From Pseudobdellovibrionaceae bacterium (GTDB lineage Bacteria > Bdellovibrionota > Bdellovibrionia > Bdellovibrionales > Bdellovibrionaceae), in contig JBDHWW010000052.1 of assembly GCA_039810425.1 (NCBI GenBank), forward strand, positions 1 through 20,108: a stretch of 20,108 bases of DNA, read 5' to 3'. The translations under genes and the position numbers were made by a program. The notes under the pieces were generated by a model. That model searched no databases. It was not told where the DNA came from and worked only from the letters and a program-made list of their open reading frames with translations. How positions within the stretch are numbered: the first letter of the stretch is position 1; every line of letters begins with the position of its first letter. Below are positions 1 to 8,736 of this stretch, piece by piece.

Positions 1-2
1 TA

Positions 3-212
3 CGGAACTGCATAGCCTATGTCCTTCTGCCGGTCACTTAGACTCGGCGTGCTGGACACACATTTTCTTACGCTACCTGGGGATCCGGCGTAAATACGTT
101 TAAAGATATGATCGAGCGATCAGGACTTATCATTAAAAAACATTTTCTAAGTGGGTATAGACACGAAAAACTTGGCCACCCTCTTTACTATTTAAGTATT
201 GGCCATAAATGA
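3..212 (+). pseudogene. Probable 3' end of a gene entering from the left edge, weakly resembling a class I SAM methyltransferase C-terminus, with an in-frame TAG at 39-41
   Basis: Frame 3 reads RNCIAYVLLPVT*TRRAGHTFSYATWGSGVNTFKDMIERSGLIIKKHFLSGYRHEKLGHPLYYLSIGHK* (TGA 210-212) and converges on the GH3 gene stop at 242. Family resemblance is by eye only. Confidence 0.3.
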
Positions 213-241
213 ACAGCGCTAATAACTGAAGCGAATTAATT

Positions 242-1912
242 TTAATGACCATCTTCAGATTCTACCGGAGTCTTTTCAGTCAAGGTTTGAACTTTTATCG
301 TTGAAATCAGGTTGTCCGCAATTTTCTGCCCGGCGTTTGGATGGGGGAAATAGAGATTTACAACGTTCAAAAACCTTTCTGAATTTGAGATTAAGCTTGG
401 CGTATTTAAGTTCACCACAAGAATCTTACGCGCCAATTCCTTTGGGAGCTTCGATAGTATGGTGGCGGTTTTTGGTCCATACACCGCATACACCGCATAC
501 GGACAAGATGCCTTTGCCATGGAGCTTACGAGCATTTGTGGGCGTGTTTTAGCAGTGGTTCTAATGGCGGCCATCGGCAAGTTGGATTTTTTGAAAGACG
601 CAAGAAATTCAGTCATCGGAGAAAAGACGCAAATGGGCTGTTTGGTGTCAATTTTTGTATCAGAAATCGCCGCAAGCGTGCGGTTGTTCGCACTCACCGC
701 ACCGAACTTCTGCGCCGCTACGTGAATGTTGAAATCCAAAATATGGGCCTCAATTTCGCGCAGCTTTTTCGTCGAAAGGGCAATGACGTTTGTATTTTGA
801 ATTCCACTACGCTGAGGAGTGTTTTCCTGAAGGTATTTCTTCACTGCAAGAATTCGAGACACCTTCTCGTTAAGTTCCGCCGCGGAAACTTCACCAGAGG
901 TGACGGCCTGCTTAACCCGCTCAATTGCTTTTGCTTGATCCTTGAAGGACCACGTCATCATAACGATATCGGCGCCCGCTTTTAAGGCTTTGAGTCCGGC
1001 TTCGTGGGGATTGCTGACCTCGGAGAGCCCCTTCATTTGGATATCATCGGTGATGACCAAGCCACTAAAGCCAATTTTCTTCCGAAGAATTTCTTTGATG
1101 ATTTTCGTCGAAAGGGTTGCGGGATTCTTTGTCGCATCCAACGTGGGATAGCTAAAGTGCGACAACATGATCGCGGTATTTGGGCCGAGTTTTGAGAACT
1201 CTTCAAAGGGCTTTAGATCCCGCTCGTAAAGAGTTTCCGCAGAAGCGGTGTATGCGACTGTTTTTTTGTGCGGATCTTCTCTAATGGACCCAACACCTGG
1301 AAAATGCTTTGCCGTCGGAATGACGGCTTCGTCCAAGAGCCCCTTTGAAAGAGATACTCCAATCGAGGTGACCTTTGAAGCATCCGAGCCAAAAGAGCGT
1401 AGGCCAATGAAGCTGTCGCTTTCCGGACTGCTAATGTCGAGTACGGGCGCAAGATTCATATTAAAGCCCAGTGTACGAATGATTTTCGCGGTCTCCTGCC
1501 CGAGAGAATGTGCCAGCTCTGGATCCGCTGTCTGTCCAACAGACATCGCGTTGGGAATGGGCGGACGTGTTGGCACGCGGGCGACTTGCCCGCCTTCTTG
1601 GTCGACGGCGATGATTGGCAACGTCTTGGTATTTTCCAAAGCGATGTTTTGCAACCGGGAGTTCATCATTGCCACTTGCGATAAAGATGAAATATTTCGC
1701 TTAAATAGAATAAAGGACGAGACCTTATATTTTTTAACGAAGGCTTCCAGTTGGGAATCAACACTTTGTTGTGGGAAGCCAATGAGAAATAGCTGGCCGA
1801 CTTTCTGATCCAGACTCATTTCCTCTATGGAAGGGGGTGTTTGAGCTGTCACAAAGTTGGGAAATAAAACCAAAATCAAAAAACCGATAACACCGCGGAT
1901 ACAAAACTCCAT
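242..1912 (-). CDS. nagZ: Exported glycoside hydrolase family 3, NagZ-type beta-N-acetylhexosaminidase with a divergent C-terminal domain
   Basis: GH3 motifs AVDQEGG, NMNLAPVLD, RSFG, KHFPGVGSIREDPH (NagZ KHFPGxGxxxxDxH signature) and nucleophile region ITDDIQM. ATG at 1912 gives a signal-peptide-like MEFCIRGVIGFLILVLFPNFVTA/Q. The ORF is open to 1942. Confidence 0.88.
   Translation of the reverse strand: MEFCIRGVIGFLILVLFPNFVTAQTPPSIEEMSLDQKVGQLFLIGFPQQSVDSQLEAFVKKYKVSSFILFKRNISSLSQVAMMNSRLQNIALENTKTLPIIAVDQEGGQVARVPTRPPIPNAMSVGQTADPELAHSLGQETAKIIRTLGFNMNLAPVLDISSPESDSFIGLRSFGSDASKVTSIGVSLSKGLLDEAVIPTAKHFPGVGSIREDPHKKTVAYTASAETLYERDLKPFEEFSKLGPNTAIMLSHFSYPTLDATKNPATLSTKIIKEILRKKIGFSGLVITDDIQMKGLSEVSNPHEAGLKALKAGADIVMMTWSFKDQAKAIERVKQAVTSGEVSAAELNEKVSRILAVKKYLQENTPQRSGIQNTNVIALSTKKLREIEAHILDFNIHVAAQKFGAVSANNRTLAAISDTKIDTKQPICVFSPMTEFLASFKKSNLPMAAIRTTAKTRPQMLVSSMAKASCPYAVYAVYGPKTATILSKLPKELARKILVVNLNTPSLISNSERFLNVVNLYFPHPNAGQKIADNLISTIKVQTLTEKTPVESEDGH
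478..500. repeat. 9-bp tandem repeat (CATACACCG x2.5) inside the GH3 gene
   Basis: catacaccg-catacaccg-catac, encoding YAVYAVY on the minus strand. Confidence 0.7.
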
Positions 1913-1972
1913 AGAATAAGAATAGCAGTTTAGGCTCCTCACTACAGGCGAGAACGCGTGGATAGGAAGAAA

Positions 1973-2743
1973 ATGAACTTACGTCTTAAGGCCTACGATT
2001 TATGGATAGCGACCTTGGTCTGTCTTTTTGCGACCTTGATCGTAAGCACGGCTGTGGCTGCGGAAGAGGAAGCGGCCCCCGTCGAAGACTATCGGACAGC
2101 GGGCGACCTTGTTGAGCTTCATTACCCCATCAATGTTCAGGCGCCCTATAAGCAGCGTCGTGAAACGACGGGCTTCATGTTCGACGCAGGCTATGAAAAC
2201 GTGATGTTAGATCGTTATGTCTCTATCGCCGATTTCAGCACCTACTATCAAGAGATGTTCGGCGAAACCGAGTTCCCTCTTGTGAATGTCGACTTTAGTT
2301 ACAAGTACAATTTTGTATTGGGCTCGCTGCTTGCGACCGTTGGTTATGGCTATGGTTCGATATCCGATGATGCCTCCGGCGTTCAGAGAACGCTGACACT
2401 TACGAAAGTTCGCGGCTCTGTGAGTTACCTGGTCGATAATATGTTTAATGAACCGTATGTTGTTCCTTACGGTACGATTGGATATCAGAACCTTGGCATT
2501 GAAGAAAAGGCGGGTGACGCTTCATATAGTCACGCCGTTGATGCACTTTACTATCAGGCGGGACTGTTGTTTCAGCTGGACTGGCTCGACCCCTCTTATT
2601 CGAAGAGAGCCATTTCCGAATACAGTCTGCAAAATACGTATTTAGATGTTTTTATGTCTAAGTATGAGCCAAGTTCAAACTCCGAAGACCCTAATACAAG
2701 CACGGACTTTATGTTTGGTGCGGGTATTCGTCTTGAGTTCTAA
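1973..2743 (+). CDS. Outer-membrane beta-barrel protein, resembling the MXAN_2562-like family
   Basis: Signal-like N-terminus (LWIATLVCLFATLIVSTAVAA), alternating aromatic beta strands, motif PYGTIG...GLLFQLDWLDP...NTYL, and a C-terminal Phe beta-signal (GAGIRLEF). ATG at 1973; alternative GTG start at 1958. Confidence 0.7.
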   Translation: MNLRLKAYDLWIATLVCLFATLIVSTAVAAEEEAAPVEDYRTAGDLVELHYPINVQAPYKQRRETTGFMFDAGYENVMLDRYVSIADFSTYYQEMFGETEFPLVNVDFSYKYNFVLGSLLATVGYGYGSISDDASGVQRTLTLTKVRGSVSYLVDNMFNEPYVVPYGTIGYQNLGIEEKAGDASYSHAVDALYYQAGLLFQLDWLDPSYSKRAISEYSLQNTYLDVFMSKYEPSSNSEDPNTSTDFMFGAGIRLEF

Positions 2744-5700
2744 GTTTGCTTCAAAAGATACTCGAGCTCCTCGTAAACATTCGCCCAAGTAATGCTGTTC
2801 ATGCGGATATTTAAACGATTATCCGGTGTGATCGCATATTTTTTATTCTCGCGCATCGCCAGTTGAATTGCGGTCTCTGGCTTCAATGGAGTCTTCTCAG
2901 TAAAGATCAAAGAAACGGTTTTTACTCCCGCACTCAGATCGCGAACACCGAGATCTTTGCAAAGCTTTCTAATGAGCATCACGCCCATCAAATTCAATGT
3001 TGGCTCCGGAATTTCACCGAACTGATCTTTAAGCTCTTCTTCGATGCGATCTAAATCATCTGTGGAGTTAATATCGGCCAAAGCTTTGTAATAACTAAGC
3101 CGAATGCGGATGTCCGCAATGTATTTATCTGGAATCATCGCCGGGATGCGCAGGTTGATTTCAGGATCAAGCTCGATATCGTCAACGACCTCACCCTTAG
3201 CTTCCGCAAGCGCCTCTTGCAAAAGCTCCATATAGAGCTCGTAGCCAACGGCATTGACGTGGCCCGATTGGTCATCCCCCAGCATGTTACCGGCCCCACG
3301 TAGTTCCAAATCATACTGTGCGATTTTAATACCGCTTCCAAGGGAGGAGTTTTCCTGAATGATTTTGAGGCGCTCTTGCGCATCTTTTTCCAGTTTGCGA
3401 TCTCGCGGCATCATTAGGTAACAGTAAGCACGAGCTTTGCTTCGGCCGACGCGACCACGCAATTGATATAACTGACTTAGGCCGAACATTTGAGCTTGAT
3501 CGATGAACATTGTATTGGCGCGTGGGATATCCATGCCCGACTCAACGATCGCCGTACAAACCAGAACGTCGATTTCGTGATGGAAGAACTCCAGCATTGT
3601 CTTCTCGAGCTCCTCTTCATTCATTTGGCCGTGAGCTACGCGAATCCTCGCTTTTGGCACAATCGAGCGGATTTCATCCGCCACGCCATAAATACTTTGC
3701 ACGCGGTTGTGGATAAAATACACCTGACCGCCGCGGCCGATTTCAGCATCAATGGCTTTACGGATTGTTTCTTCATCGAACTTACAAACGAATGTTCTGG
3801 TTGGCAGACGATCGACGGGCGCGGTGTTAATCAGGCTCAAGTCGCGCACGCCCGCGAGGCTCATGTTAAGTGTGCGCGGAATTGGCGTCGCCGAAAGGGT
3901 GATTGAATCCACGTTTGTGCGCGCTTTTTTAATTTTTTCTTTATGAGTCACACCAAACTTTTGCTCTTCATCAATAATCAAAAGCCCCAGATCTTTAAAG
4001 CTTACATCTTTACTAAGGAGCCTATGAGTTCCAATGAGGATGTCGACTTTGCCTTCAGCCGTGCCCTTTGTGATTTGCTTTGCATCGGCCGTTGTCACAA
4101 AGCGGTTTAAAGCCTTGATTTCGATGGGCCATCCCTGGAAACGCTTTTTAAATGTTTCCAAATGTTGGAATGCCAGCACTGTCGTCGGCGCAAGAACCGC
4201 GACTTGCTTGCGATTTTGAACCGCAAAGAAAGCGGCGCGCATGGCGACTTCGGTCTTGCCAAAGCCCACGTCACCACAAATCAGGCGATCCATCGGCTTT
4301 GTTGAGGCAAAGTCTTTTGCGATGTCGCGAACCGCGCGCAGCTGATCTTCGGTTTCTTCGTACGCAAAACCATTCTCGAAAAGTGCGTACTCGCTTTCGT
4401 CGATTGGCACCGGAAGGCGTTCAATCTCTGCACGTTTTGCATAAAGCGCCAAAAGATCGTGGGCGATGTCGCGAAGCTGGTTCTTAACTTTTGTTTTCGT
4501 TTTTTCCCAACCAAGACCGCCCAGCTTGTCTAATATAGTGGTCTGAGAGGCGCCTGAATACTTCTGAAGCTGTCCCACGCGATAGACAGGAAGATAGAGT
4601 TTATCTTTATCTTTGTACCCGACCTGAATAAACTCAGAATCAATGCCATTAATTGGCATGATTTTAAGTCCTTCATAAACTCCGATCCCGTGTTTGACGT
4701 GCACAACTAAATCGCCGGGCTTCAAGTCACCGAAGCTAAGGCGCTTCGCCTGCTTTTGAAAATCGTCAGCGCCCTTTGACTCCGTCACGCGTTGTTTGCG
4801 TCCGAAGAAATCTTCTTCGCGCAAGAAGATGATTTGCTCTTCTTCTAAGCGAAGACTTTCGGGTAAATAGCGTGGAATGAGATGAATGATGTTGCCAGAA
4901 GAATCTTGATCCTGAATCCAAGAATCCCATAGATACTCATTGGCGTCGCATTTCACGGGCTTAAGGTCCAAACGCTCGATAATGTATCCAAGCCGCTCCA
5001 TTTGGGAATGGTTTTTGATGCCGACAAAGATCCTATAGCGATCTTCTTTCCAGCGACGGAGTTTGGTATTTGCAGCTTGTAGCCACGGATCTGAGCCCGG
5101 CGAGAATGAAAGACTCATATTAGAGAAATCCGTTACCGGTGCCGCCCGATAGTCAATCTTAACCGAATCGGCGGACTCCTCCTCGAGATACTCAAGCTTT
5201 GAAAAATAAATTTGTCGTGAGTCCGAAGGAAGTTCGAGTTCATCAAAAGGAGTGTAGAGATCTTTGATTTCAGGACGAATGACTGCCACATCAGAGTTGC
5301 CATAGTCCTGTTTCATATCCGCGATCAAATCATCTGCATAACGAGAGATCTCTAATGGATCAAGCAACCAAATGTTCAACGAAGAACTGAAGTGATCAAG
5401 GGCAGTAGCGAGCTTCTTGTAGAAATACGGAAGTAAGAACTCTGCGCCCGGGAAGTAGTTCTTCAAAACAAGCGAGCGCAGAAGCTCCTCGGATTCGGCT
5501 TTGTCGACTTTGCGGCCTTCAAGGGTTTTCCGAAGGCTTTTCAACAGATCTTCATGGTAGTCATCGCGGAAAAGAATTTCGCGCGCGGGAATCACAGCCG
5601 CCGTTGCGATTTCCTTCTCACTTCGCTGATCCACAGGATTGAAGAAGCGCAAACTTTCAATTTGATCGCCAAAAAGCTCGATGCGAATCGGACGACTCTG

Positions 5701-6261
5701 GGCCGGTGAAAAGATATCTATGATCCCGCCACGCAAAGCATACTGACCGGAGTCTTCTACCATCGGAGCGGATTGGTAACCAAGATTGTTTAAAAAGAGG
5801 GCAACGTTTTCCACCAGTTCGGTTCCCGAACTCCAGATGTGCGTATGATCTTTAAGTTCTTTAAAAGGAATCGTCTTTTGACACAGCGCTTGGGTTGAGG
5901 TGATGAAGATTTCCCCAGGCTTCGCGTGCTGAGCTCGGTAAAGAAACTGTAAACGATCCCCGATGGCCCGCGTGTTGGGATAAAGACCAGAGTACGGAGA
6001 AACGTCGAAATGATTAAATATGTGGCAACTCTTTTGCGGATCAAAGAAGCGAATCAGGCGCTCTAACTTCTCGGCGGAGTGGTGACTGCCGGTGATTACT
6101 AGATGCGGCAAGTTATTAATTTGCTTAGAGTAAGTTTGAGACAAAAAGAAAGAAAGTGGCAACTCCGAGGAGCTTCCAACCACTTGAATCTTTGCTTTTT
6201 TGGACTCAAAGGCTCTTTCAAGAAGAGTCTCGAGTCTTGTATGGACCAACTCTGTTTTCAT
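2740..6261 (-). CDS. mfd: Transcription-repair coupling factor Mfd
   Basis: 1173 aa. UvrB-homology RGGIIDIF, RID domain GDLVVHVKHGIGVYEGL, Walker A GDVGFGKT, DEEQKFG, SATPIPRTL, QLRGRVGRS, TRG motif DLELRGAGN and C-terminal TRCF domain. Confidence 0.98.
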   Translation of the reverse strand: MKTELVHTRLETLLERAFESKKAKIQVVGSSSELPLSFFLSQTYSKQINNLPHLVITGSHHSAEKLERLIRFFDPQKSCHIFNHFDVSPYSGLYPNTRAIGDRLQFLYRAQHAKPGEIFITSTQALCQKTIPFKELKDHTHIWSSGTELVENVALFLNNLGYQSAPMVEDSGQYALRGGIIDIFSPAQSRPIRIELFGDQIESLRFFNPVDQRSEKEIATAAVIPAREILFRDDYHEDLLKSLRKTLEGRKVDKAESEELLRSLVLKNYFPGAEFLLPYFYKKLATALDHFSSSLNIWLLDPLEISRYADDLIADMKQDYGNSDVAVIRPEIKDLYTPFDELELPSDSRQIYFSKLEYLEEESADSVKIDYRAAPVTDFSNMSLSFSPGSDPWLQAANTKLRRWKEDRYRIFVGIKNHSQMERLGYIIERLDLKPVKCDANEYLWDSWIQDQDSSGNIIHLIPRYLPESLRLEEEQIIFLREEDFFGRKQRVTESKGADDFQKQAKRLSFGDLKPGDLVVHVKHGIGVYEGLKIMPINGIDSEFIQVGYKDKDKLYLPVYRVGQLQKYSGASQTTILDKLGGLGWEKTKTKVKNQLRDIAHDLLALYAKRAEIERLPVPIDESEYALFENGFAYEETEDQLRAVRDIAKDFASTKPMDRLICGDVGFGKTEVAMRAAFFAVQNRKQVAVLAPTTVLAFQHLETFKKRFQGWPIEIKALNRFVTTADAKQITKGTAEGKVDILIGTHRLLSKDVSFKDLGLLIIDEEQKFGVTHKEKIKKARTNVDSITLSATPIPRTLNMSLAGVRDLSLINTAPVDRLPTRTFVCKFDEETIRKAIDAEIGRGGQVYFIHNRVQSIYGVADEIRSIVPKARIRVAHGQMNEEELEKTMLEFFHHEIDVLVCTAIVESGMDIPRANTMFIDQAQMFGLSQLYQLRGRVGRSKARAYCYLMMPRDRKLEKDAQERLKIIQENSSLGSGIKIAQYDLELRGAGNMLGDDQSGHVNAVGYELYMELLQEALAEAKGEVVDDIELDPEINLRIPAMIPDKYIADIRIRLSYYKALADINSTDDLDRIEEELKDQFGEIPEPTLNLMGVMLIRKLCKDLGVRDLSAGVKTVSLIFTEKTPLKPETAIQLAMRENKKYAITPDNRLNIRMNSITWANVYEELEYLLKQT

Positions 6262-6309
6262 TTTTGTGTGATGTTGCCACTAGTTAGGCGATCTTTCCAT
6301 TCATATTTC

Positions 6310-6338
6310 TTGGATTTCACGCAAGGCATGAGTATAAA
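6310..6338 (+). promoter_or_regulatory. Possible sigma70-type promoter for the nuo cluster
   Basis: TTGGAT-17 bp-TATAAA in the mfd/nuoA divergent gap. Strong SD (GGGGAGG) before the nuoA GTG. Confidence 0.3.
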
Positions 6339-6377
6339 GGATTATTCTCAATAACGTGTCAATAAGGGGAGGAAGCT

Positions 6378-6746
6378 GTGCCATTAGGCGGAGTTATATT
6401 TATCACTGTGTTCGTCGCAGTGTTTGGCTGCTTGTGTTTGTACTTGGGCCGCCTGTGCGGCGGCAAAAAGCATCAAGACGAAGTGAAGCTAGCCCCATAT
6501 GAGTGCGGTATTCCTGGACAAGAAAAAAAGGAAACCCGTGTTTCCGTAAAATTTTACCTAACTGCGATTCTCTTCATTCTTTTCGATATCGAAATCATCT
6601 TCATGTATCCATGGGCGACGAGCTTCAAAGAGATGATGGCGGCAGGAATTGGCTCTTACGCGTTGATCGCCATGATGATCTTCATCGCGATTTTCATCTT
6701 TGGACTTTTCTGGGAAATCAAATCAAAAGCTTTGGAGTGGGACTAG
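6378..6746 (+). CDS. nuoA: NADH-quinone oxidoreductase subunit A
   Basis: PYECG loop, FYLTAILFILFDIEIIFMYPWA, C-terminal ALEWD; three TM segments. Confidence 0.96.
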   Translation: MPLGGVIFITVFVAVFGCLCLYLGRLCGGKKHQDEVKLAPYECGIPGQEKKETRVSVKFYLTAILFILFDIEIIFMYPWATSFKEMMAAGIGSYALIAMMIFIAIFIFGLFWEIKSKALEWD

Positions 6747-6749
6747 ATC

Positions 6750-7877
6750 ATGGGTTCTGATGCATTCGAAATAACGATTAACTGTATTAAGCTTGTCCTT
6801 GTATTTTTGTTGATGGTTCAGGCGGTTCCTATTCTTGTGTGGCTTGAGCGCCGCGGATCGGGTTTCATTCAAAACCGCTTTGGTCCAAACCGGGTCGGTC
6901 CGCTGGGCTTGATGCAACTGCTTGCCGATGCGGTGAAGTTTTTAACGAAAGAAGAATTCAGCCCAAAGGCAGCGACGAAGTTGCTCTTCTATGCGGCTCC
7001 AGTCTTTGCGTTGATTCCTGGTACTTTGGGATTCGCGGCGATTCCAATGGGATCACCGTTGAAGTGGGATGACTACACTTTTGCGATTCAAGGTTACGAT
7101 ATCGGCGTTGGTATCGTGTTTATTTTGGGTGTTTCATCCTTGGCAGCATACACGATCTTGATGGCTGGCTGGGGGTCTGGAAACAAATACGCTCTGATGG
7201 GCGCATTGCGCGCGAGTGCCCAGACGATCAGTTACGAGCTGGCTCTCGGTCTTTCTATCGTCGGCATCATCATGATGTACGGCACTTTTAACTTGAGCGA
7301 GATGATCGCAGCCCAGCAGGGCACGATGGCGTTTCATGCCTTCGGCAACACAATTGCAACGAGCTGGTTGCCTAACTGGGGCATCTTCTATCAACCGCTC
7401 GCGGCGGTGATTTTCTTTGCGGCGACTTTCGCGGAATCAAACCGTCTACCATTCGACTTGGCGGAAGGTGAGTCGGAGTTGGTTGCCGGATTCCATACGG
7501 AATACGGCGGTTTCAAAATGTTGCTTTTCTTTATCGGTGAGTACGGGCACATGATGGTTGCCTCGGGCTTGATGGCGACCTTCTTTTTCGGCGGCTACAA
7601 CATCCCTTGGACAACGACTGAACAAGTCTACCAATGGGCTTTGGGCTTTGTGGGTACTGCTAACGCCGCGAGCGCTTTGACATCTTTTGTCCACTTCATC
7701 TCGTTCACTATGAAGCTTGGAATCTTCCTTTGGATCTTTATTTGGGTTCGTTGGACTTTGCCACGCTTTAGATACGATCAATTGATGGATTTGGGTTGGA
7801 AAACGATGCTCCCTTGGGCGTTGGCTAACACCATCTTGTCAGCTTTGGTAATTTTCGCAGTTTCACACGCTTTGTAG
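6750..7877 (+). CDS. nuoH: NADH-quinone oxidoreductase subunit H
   Basis: ERR...QNRFGPNRVGP.G..Q.LADAVK..TKE, SYE, AESNRLPFDLAEGESELVAGFHTEY, PRFRYDQLM. Confidence 0.98.
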   Translation: MGSDAFEITINCIKLVLVFLLMVQAVPILVWLERRGSGFIQNRFGPNRVGPLGLMQLLADAVKFLTKEEFSPKAATKLLFYAAPVFALIPGTLGFAAIPMGSPLKWDDYTFAIQGYDIGVGIVFILGVSSLAAYTILMAGWGSGNKYALMGALRASAQTISYELALGLSIVGIIMMYGTFNLSEMIAAQQGTMAFHAFGNTIATSWLPNWGIFYQPLAAVIFFAATFAESNRLPFDLAEGESELVAGFHTEYGGFKMLLFFIGEYGHMMVASGLMATFFFGGYNIPWTTTEQVYQWALGFVGTANAASALTSFVHFISFTMKLGIFLWIFIWVRWTLPRFRYDQLMDLGWKTMLPWALANTILSALVIFAVSHAL

Positions 7878-7886
7878 GGGTTTAAT

Positions 7887-8417
7887 GTGACGGCAGATAG
7901 TTTTTTATTTTGGTTGTTGGCGGCGGTGACCCTGATCAGTGGTCTTGCTGTTGTTTTGGTGTTTAATCCGATTTACTCGGCCCTTTGCCTGGCGATGACA
8001 ATGGTGGGTGTTTCCGCGTTGTTCGCGACTTTGGGTGCATACTTCATCGCGGGCGTTCAGATGATTGTTTACGCGGGGGCCGTACTGGTTCTCTTCGTCA
8101 TGGTTCTTATGCTCTTTGACTTGAAGACAGAGCTTGGAACTTTCTCTCGCGGTAAGATCAGCGGCTTGCTAAAGATTGCGACGATCGGTACTTTGGCGGG
8201 TTTCCTTGCGGGCGCATTTAGCATGAGCATTGAGTTTGCCGATAAGCCAGTGACGAAAGCGGCCGTGGCGGGCGTAGATACGACCCACAACCTCGGCACG
8301 CTTTTATTTACAAAATATATTCTCGGTTTCGAGGCCCTTGGCATCTTACTATTGGTTATTGCCATCGGGGTTGTGGGTCTTGCGCGCAGTAAAGGTGGAA
8401 CACATGCCAAGCACTGA
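7887..8417 (+). CDS. nuoJ: NADH-quinone oxidoreductase subunit J
   Basis: [42 protein letters not shown] start. Confidence 0.95.
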   Translation: MTADSFLFWLLAAVTLISGLAVVLVFNPIYSALCLAMTMVGVSALFATLGAYFIAGVQMIVYAGAVLVLFVMVLMLFDLKTELGTFSRGKISGLLKIATIGTLAGFLAGAFSMSIEFADKPVTKAAVAGVDTTHNLGTLLFTKYILGFEALGILLLVIAIGVVGLARSKGGTHAKH

Positions 8418-8730
8418 TATCATTACCAATGTTGGTTTGAATCACTACCTAGTTCTTTCAGCATTACTTTTCGTAACGGGAATGGCTGGAGTTCTTATCA
8501 GAAGAAACATTATCGTTCTTTTGATGTCTATCGAGCTGATGTTGAACGCCGTGAACTTGAGCTTTGTGGCCTTCAGCAAGTACCTCGATAAACTGGATGG
8601 CCAAGTTCTCGTGTTCTTCGTGATGACAATCGCTGCGGCAGAAGCTGCGGTGGGTTTGGCTATCGCGGTTTCAATTTTCAAACGTTATAAAGAAGTGAAC
8701 ATTCGCTTCTTCGAGCATCTGAAGGGATAG
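8404..8730 (+). CDS. nuoK: NADH-quinone oxidoreductase subunit K
   Basis: [40 protein letters not shown]. The ATG at 8404 follows GGTGG, overlaps the nuoJ end and gives 108 aa, so it is preferred over the ORF-track start at 8338. Confidence 0.95.
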   Translation: MPSTDIITNVGLNHYLVLSALLFVTGMAGVLIRRNIIVLLMSIELMLNAVNLSFVAFSKYLDKLDGQVLVFFVMTIAAAEAAVGLAIAVSIFKRYKEVNIRFFEHLKG

Positions 8731-8736
8731 TCGCCA

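Noticed and set aside
478..500. 9-bp tandem repeat as a contingency locus
   Set aside because: Only 2.5 copies and frame-preserving; most likely a small local duplication.
1248..1808. 186-aa plus-strand ORF and other short ORFs inside the GH3 gene
   Set aside because: Antisense shadows of a well-supported gene, with no recognisable motifs.
8338..8403. Extended N-terminus of nuoK from the ORF track
   Set aside because: It would overlap nuoJ by 80 bp. ATG 8404 has an SD-like sequence and gives a typical NuoK length.
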